Source: Cyanophora paradoxa CCMP329 (taxonomy: Eukaryota; Plantae; Glaucophyta). From it: a DNA stretch of 38,940 nucleotides. The notes beneath the pieces are model-generated. The model ran no database searches. It was given only the letters and a program-made list of their open reading frames with translations, and was not told where the DNA came from. The stretch is taken from positions 1 through 38,940 of the forward strand of contig QPMI01000394.1 of NCBI GenBank assembly GCA_004431415.1, given 5' to 3'. This document shows, in pieces, positions 34,474 through 38,940 of the stretch. A program made the translations under genes and the position numbers. How positions within the stretch are numbered: the stretch's first letter is position 1; each line of letters opens with the position of its first letter.

Positions 34474-37400
34474 CTAAGAAGCCGGAAGACATTCATTACA
34501 CGACGGCATCATGCAAGTCATTTCTCCGTAAAGTCCTCTTAACATAGCTGCATATGTATCCCGAAAATGAAAATCACACGAGCGCTGCGCCGCCTGCTGA
34601 CGGAAGTCCAGAAGACGGCATTTCTCGTTTCCCTCCGTGTACACGACGTAGCCGCAGGCATTTCGTCCAGTATGGCCTCCGCACAAACACTCCGAAATCG
34701 TCCAGTATGGGAGAATGTGAAGCAGACGCGCGGCATAGTCGTCGGTGACACTACCGCGGCAACGACTGAAAGCAATACTGCACTCTGCCAGCACGTCCGG
34801 CTTGCATCGCGCCAAAGGAATCAGCTCTTGCATCCAAATATCCAATGGAACAGATGCATCGCTCTCCTGCGGGGAAGACAGGGCTTCCGAAAGCGGCTGA
34901 TAACCTATCGGCCATTCTGTTGAGAGCTTGGAAGGTCTAAAGTTTTCGAAAACGACATGGATTCGTTGAAGACGTTTGCATGTCGAGAGAGCAATCGCGA
35001 CCGGTTCTCCAAAAGGTTCACCCACGTAACAAAACTCACGCAACGTGTTCCTTGCTGCAAAGATGAGTTCGGCAAGTGCCACCGAAACATAATCTCGAGC
35101 TCCAACAAGGTGAAGGCTGACACTCTTTAACTGGGAACTGAGATGGCGAGAGCTGAGGGCATCACTCCATGCAGACAGGCATTCTTGCTGATTCTCATGG
35201 GCAATAAACCCTTCATTCGGCTCCGCCATGTCATCGTATATGCGACGGAAGCGCAGATGAAACGTGAGGCGGAGATGTAGGAGAGACGGTATATTTGAAG
35301 AAAGTGACGCAAGTCGATTAGATTCATGGTGATTCAAAATCACATAACTCATGCTCTGAAGTGATCTGCTGAACGGAATCTTGCATGTTGATTGGGAAAA
35401 GTAATCCAGATTTCGCTTCGCCAGCCATGTGCAAGGAACATGAAATGCACAAGATTCCTGAACTCAGGTCAGAGAACGTGCTTAATGTTTGAAAAATACT
35501 TTCAGACCAGTTTAGCAATCGCAGAAATATCGTTGCAATCGAAGACGACCCCATGCTTCAAGGCCATAAGAGACGACGAAATACCAAATCCAGTCTGCGG
35601 GGGCCCGGAACCGCCGAAAATGACATTTGGAAGTGTTCGCGATGAGCTCGCGATTTCTTTGTCCGAGTCTTCAGTGTCGGACAGATAATCGATCACACCA
35701 AAAATCGAGGCTATGATCGCAGTGAACATCCCCTTTCGCATTGGAAAGTCGAGCACTGCGCACGTGGAAGTTCAGATAAATGAACGTATGACACCAGTAA
35801 TAATCCAACGAAGCTACCAAGAGTTTTCAAATTGACACTGCCACTGCTAGCAATAGGTGGAGAGTTTTCCGCGCCGTAAAAAGGAACGTTTTCACCCCGA
35901 ATCTCCAGTTCCTGTGCAAATAAGACTTGTTGTTGAGTGGGATGCATTCAAAGCACCTGCAGGTTTGGAAGGGCAGCGACGAGCTGTGAAGGAGTTCGAG
36001 CGGTGACATTCTGCAGAGGAACACGAAGACAGACGAGTGCCCGCGTTGCAGCTCCAATTCGTAGAACATCATCCAGCTCGAAAAATCCGCCGATGCCATG
36101 TGAACGCAAATCAAGCGACTGAAGGCGATGCAAACTCTGCATAAAAGATAGGAAGGTGTTGAAATGTTGCATCGATGGAATCGATGCGCTGAAATTGGAC
36201 GGCTCGGTAAAATCGCAGCTGAGATGTGGCACCGAATCAGTTTCAGTATGTCGAAGATACTCCTCGAAGTGCCGGATATTACGATGCTCACAAATGTCAA
36301 GACGAACAGCCGAGAGACCGTTCCCGAGTGTTTCGATTACAGCGGAGCGGAATGCGTGGGAGTCTGGAACAGAACACTCGAGAAAAAAGGACTGCAGGCG
36401 AATTCCTCCTCGCGATAAGCAACGAAGAAGACCGAGAACTTCTTGGGCAGCTTGAGTTGCCGTAGACATATCCGGTTGAGTGTGAAGAGTGATCGATAGT
36501 TGAAGGGGGTTCCTGAGCTTCAGAGACCCGTTTGCAAAACGATGTCGAATCCATCGCAGCTTCTGGAGAGCTTTGGTGTCGGCCCAGAGCGTCCCAATTT
36601 GGAGTTCTTTCCAACGATGATTCTTGAACGACTGCATAAAGTATTGGGAAACACGAAGCAGTCCTTGATCAGGAGCGTCGAGGACGCCCGCGAGACCGAT
36701 GACATCAAAAAGAGCGTCCAAAACGTCCAAGCACAAATGGCTCCAAGCTGTCAATGGGACACCAGAATCGACAGGTTCGCACTGCTCCGACGTCGGCGTA
36801 GAATGGTGCACGTGAGCGCCGATAGAGTGATGCATATGTTGTGCGAGCGTCTCTGATTTTGACATCAGGACTTCGAAATACGACGCAAGAAAAACGGCAC
36901 TTAAAAAGGCCCTATTCCTTATAGGAAGGAATATTTCACTCACTTGGAATAGGGATCCCCTGGGCGCTCTGCAGCATATCGCTCATCTTGAACACAAGGT
37001 CGATGAAGGCAGCTGATGCGTCAACCAACTGCTTTTTGACCTTCTCAGAAGGATCTTTTCGCAAGTCGGATTCAGGTTTGATTCGATGAGGATGCCCCAA
37101 CTGAAATCTTTCCCGCATTTCTGTTTTCGGGCCTCAGATGCATCTTTGCAATCGAAGCTTCAGGTTCGACAAACCGAGAACAAGAAGCAAGGATACAAAT
37201 CGTTGGAGACTCGAGCTCGGAATTGAAGTGTGTGCTCGAAGACAAGATCGCAAAGCCGAAGAAGGATAACTTGTGCGCCAAATTGCGCCCACATGGCTCA
37301 CGGAATACAATGTTGCGAGCGATAAATGTTCCAGGCACCGAAGTTCAGCAGTGCTTGCACCCTGCGAAACATTTTCTTCCAAAACGTTATTGGCAACCAT

Positions 37401-37944
37401 ACATGTACAAAGACCGATCAATATAACACACCTAGCTGAAAATCAGCCCTGTGCAATTGAGGATGGAGTTGGATGAAATCATTCTGGACTTCTTGTCTGA
37501 GGTCATGAAATGCATTCACAACAGCCGCCTTCAGAAGCACTTCGGCTGGGGCACGGATTTGACAGATCAAGGCTGCGACAAAAATAGATCAGCAACGTTT
37601 TATCACAAAAACGAATACCGAAGAATCAAAATTCACCAGCATGCATATATCCAAACACGATTAAGCGTGCAATTTGAACAGCTCTGTTACGAAACGTGTC
37701 CTGCTCTTTTTCGTGCAGAAGCACAGTTTCGAGATCTTTGGTCAATTCCGCGACTCTTGCCCACGCCGCGAATATCGTTGTCGATGCTGCTCGGACACAG
37801 AGTGAATGAAGTGGTGATGACTTGTTTTCGGGATTATCTAGGGCACTGTCAGGTGACATGTGTCTTGACAAAAGAACGAAAACATACGTTCGATCATACA
37901 CCTTTCAATGGGGCCTCTGGCAACGCGGCCGGCGGGCTCGGCAT
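34474..37944 (-). CDS. F-box-like / LRR protein (multi-exon; the 5' exons are tentative)
   Basis: AWSHLCLDVLDALFDVIG..LLRVSQYF (degenerate F-box); LHRLQSLDL, LPNLQVL, IPSLLHLRL, CKRLQRIHV; putative start MPSPPAALPEAPLK at 37944. Confidence 0.6.
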
Positions 37945-38592
37945 GGAACAGAGTGCCTAAACGCATTCTCGATGCACTAGGAAGCGATTTACATCGTTAG
38001 TTCCCCGCGGTCCCGGTACCCGGGGTTTCGGCCGACCCCCGGCCGGGCTTTTCGGTCGGACCTGGCGCGCCTGAGCCCCGCCCGCGGGCCGAGGAGGCAC
38101 GAATTCGCATCTGCAGTGAAGCCCGGCTAATAGAGCGCTTCGTCTCTGCCGGAGCTCTCGTCGGGGGGCCGAGCCCGGGGCGGGCCCTGCGCCCTGGCGC
38201 GGCGCGAGCGCAGAGGCGGCTGCCGGGGATCGTTCCAAGCGTTCTTCTGATGCATTCCGAGCTAATAGAACGCATCGTCTGCGGGCGTAAACGCCGGCGC
38301 CGGGCTCCCTGCCTCGGGTCGGGACGGTTTCGAATACGCCCGGGCCGCTTTCCGCTGTCGCTTGAGCTTGATGCAGTGCGTCCTGCACGCTCAGAGCGAG
38401 CTGCGCGGCGTGCTCGCGGCTGCGCCGGCGCCGGGCAGAATATAATTATAATCACGTGCCTGAATTGGACCGTCGGACCTGCAGCCCAGCGGCTGCAGCT
38501 GGCGGTCGAGCAGATAAGCATGTCGTTCGCTTTTGATTAGTGCCCCGGTGGCCCAGTGGCTTTCGACCCCCGCGGTCTACTCATATATAACA

Positions 38593-38940
38593 ATGCCCGC
38601 ATCAAGGTAGGAAAATGATCATGAAAGCCCGCTGAATTCATATCTGCGATTCTTAGTTCTTTCGAGTTCGTTGAACATTGTAATTATACTTTGCAGCAAA
38701 ACTGCCAAGCGTGGCACCGGAAACAAGGCCCCGCGAAAGGCATTCAAGAGCTCCGGCGCCAGCGGCCTCAAGACCAAAGCCGCGCGGAAAAAGGCTGTGG
38801 GCGAGGGCGGAGTGAGAAAGCCGTTCCGGTCGGCCTGCTCTCTTCCCTACGTTTTATTTTCAAGAGAAAGTCCCGGCACGTGAGAATCGCGCGCTCGCGC
38901 AGCCATCGCCCTGGGACGGGGCAAAGCGCGAAATTGTGAA
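38593..38940 (+). CDS. Divergent histone H3 variant (3'-partial)
   Basis: Exons 38593-38606, 38697-38828 and 38903-end give M..[50 protein letters not shown]. With one extra G in the G-run this continues AKREIVK, matching H3 KPHRYRPGTVALREIRK. TATATAA lies just upstream. Confidence 0.8.

Noticed and set aside
12000-38940. Definite endogenous giant virus or Polinton
   Set aside because: No capsid, packaging ATPase, DNA polymerase or integrase motif was recognised in the window; kept only as an untested possibility.

Overview
Intron-rich eukaryotic DNA, probably from a GC-rich alga or protist; the intron style is reminiscent of a glaucophyte such as Cyanophora (inference only). The sequence has many 1-nt homopolymer indels typical of long-read assembly. 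Bases 1-10.8 kb are extremely GC-rich and hold one 5'-partial, multi-exon hybrid signalling gene (Ser/Thr kinase - AAA/P-loop - GAF - HisKA - HATPase - receiver) with many GC-AG introns. From about 12 kb onward GC drops and the window becomes a compact, duplicated cluster of small genes, many with NLS-like motifs. The cluster contains five paralogues that fuse a histone H3 N-terminal tail mimic to an unknown ~110-aa domain that may be beta-grasp. One paralogue carries Met exactly at H3 position 9 (ARMSTGGKAPRK, a natural K9M-like sequence). The cluster also holds a Ulp1/C48 protease, an apparently catalytically dead DEDDy 3'-5' exonuclease domain with a coiled coil built from tandemly duplicated exons, four F-box/LRR-like genes, and a divergent H3 variant truncated by the window end. 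A shared repeat-containing intergenic cassette separates several divergent gene pairs. The most interesting hypothesis is a chromatin-decoy or anti-silencing gene cluster. All exon structures were inferred by eye.
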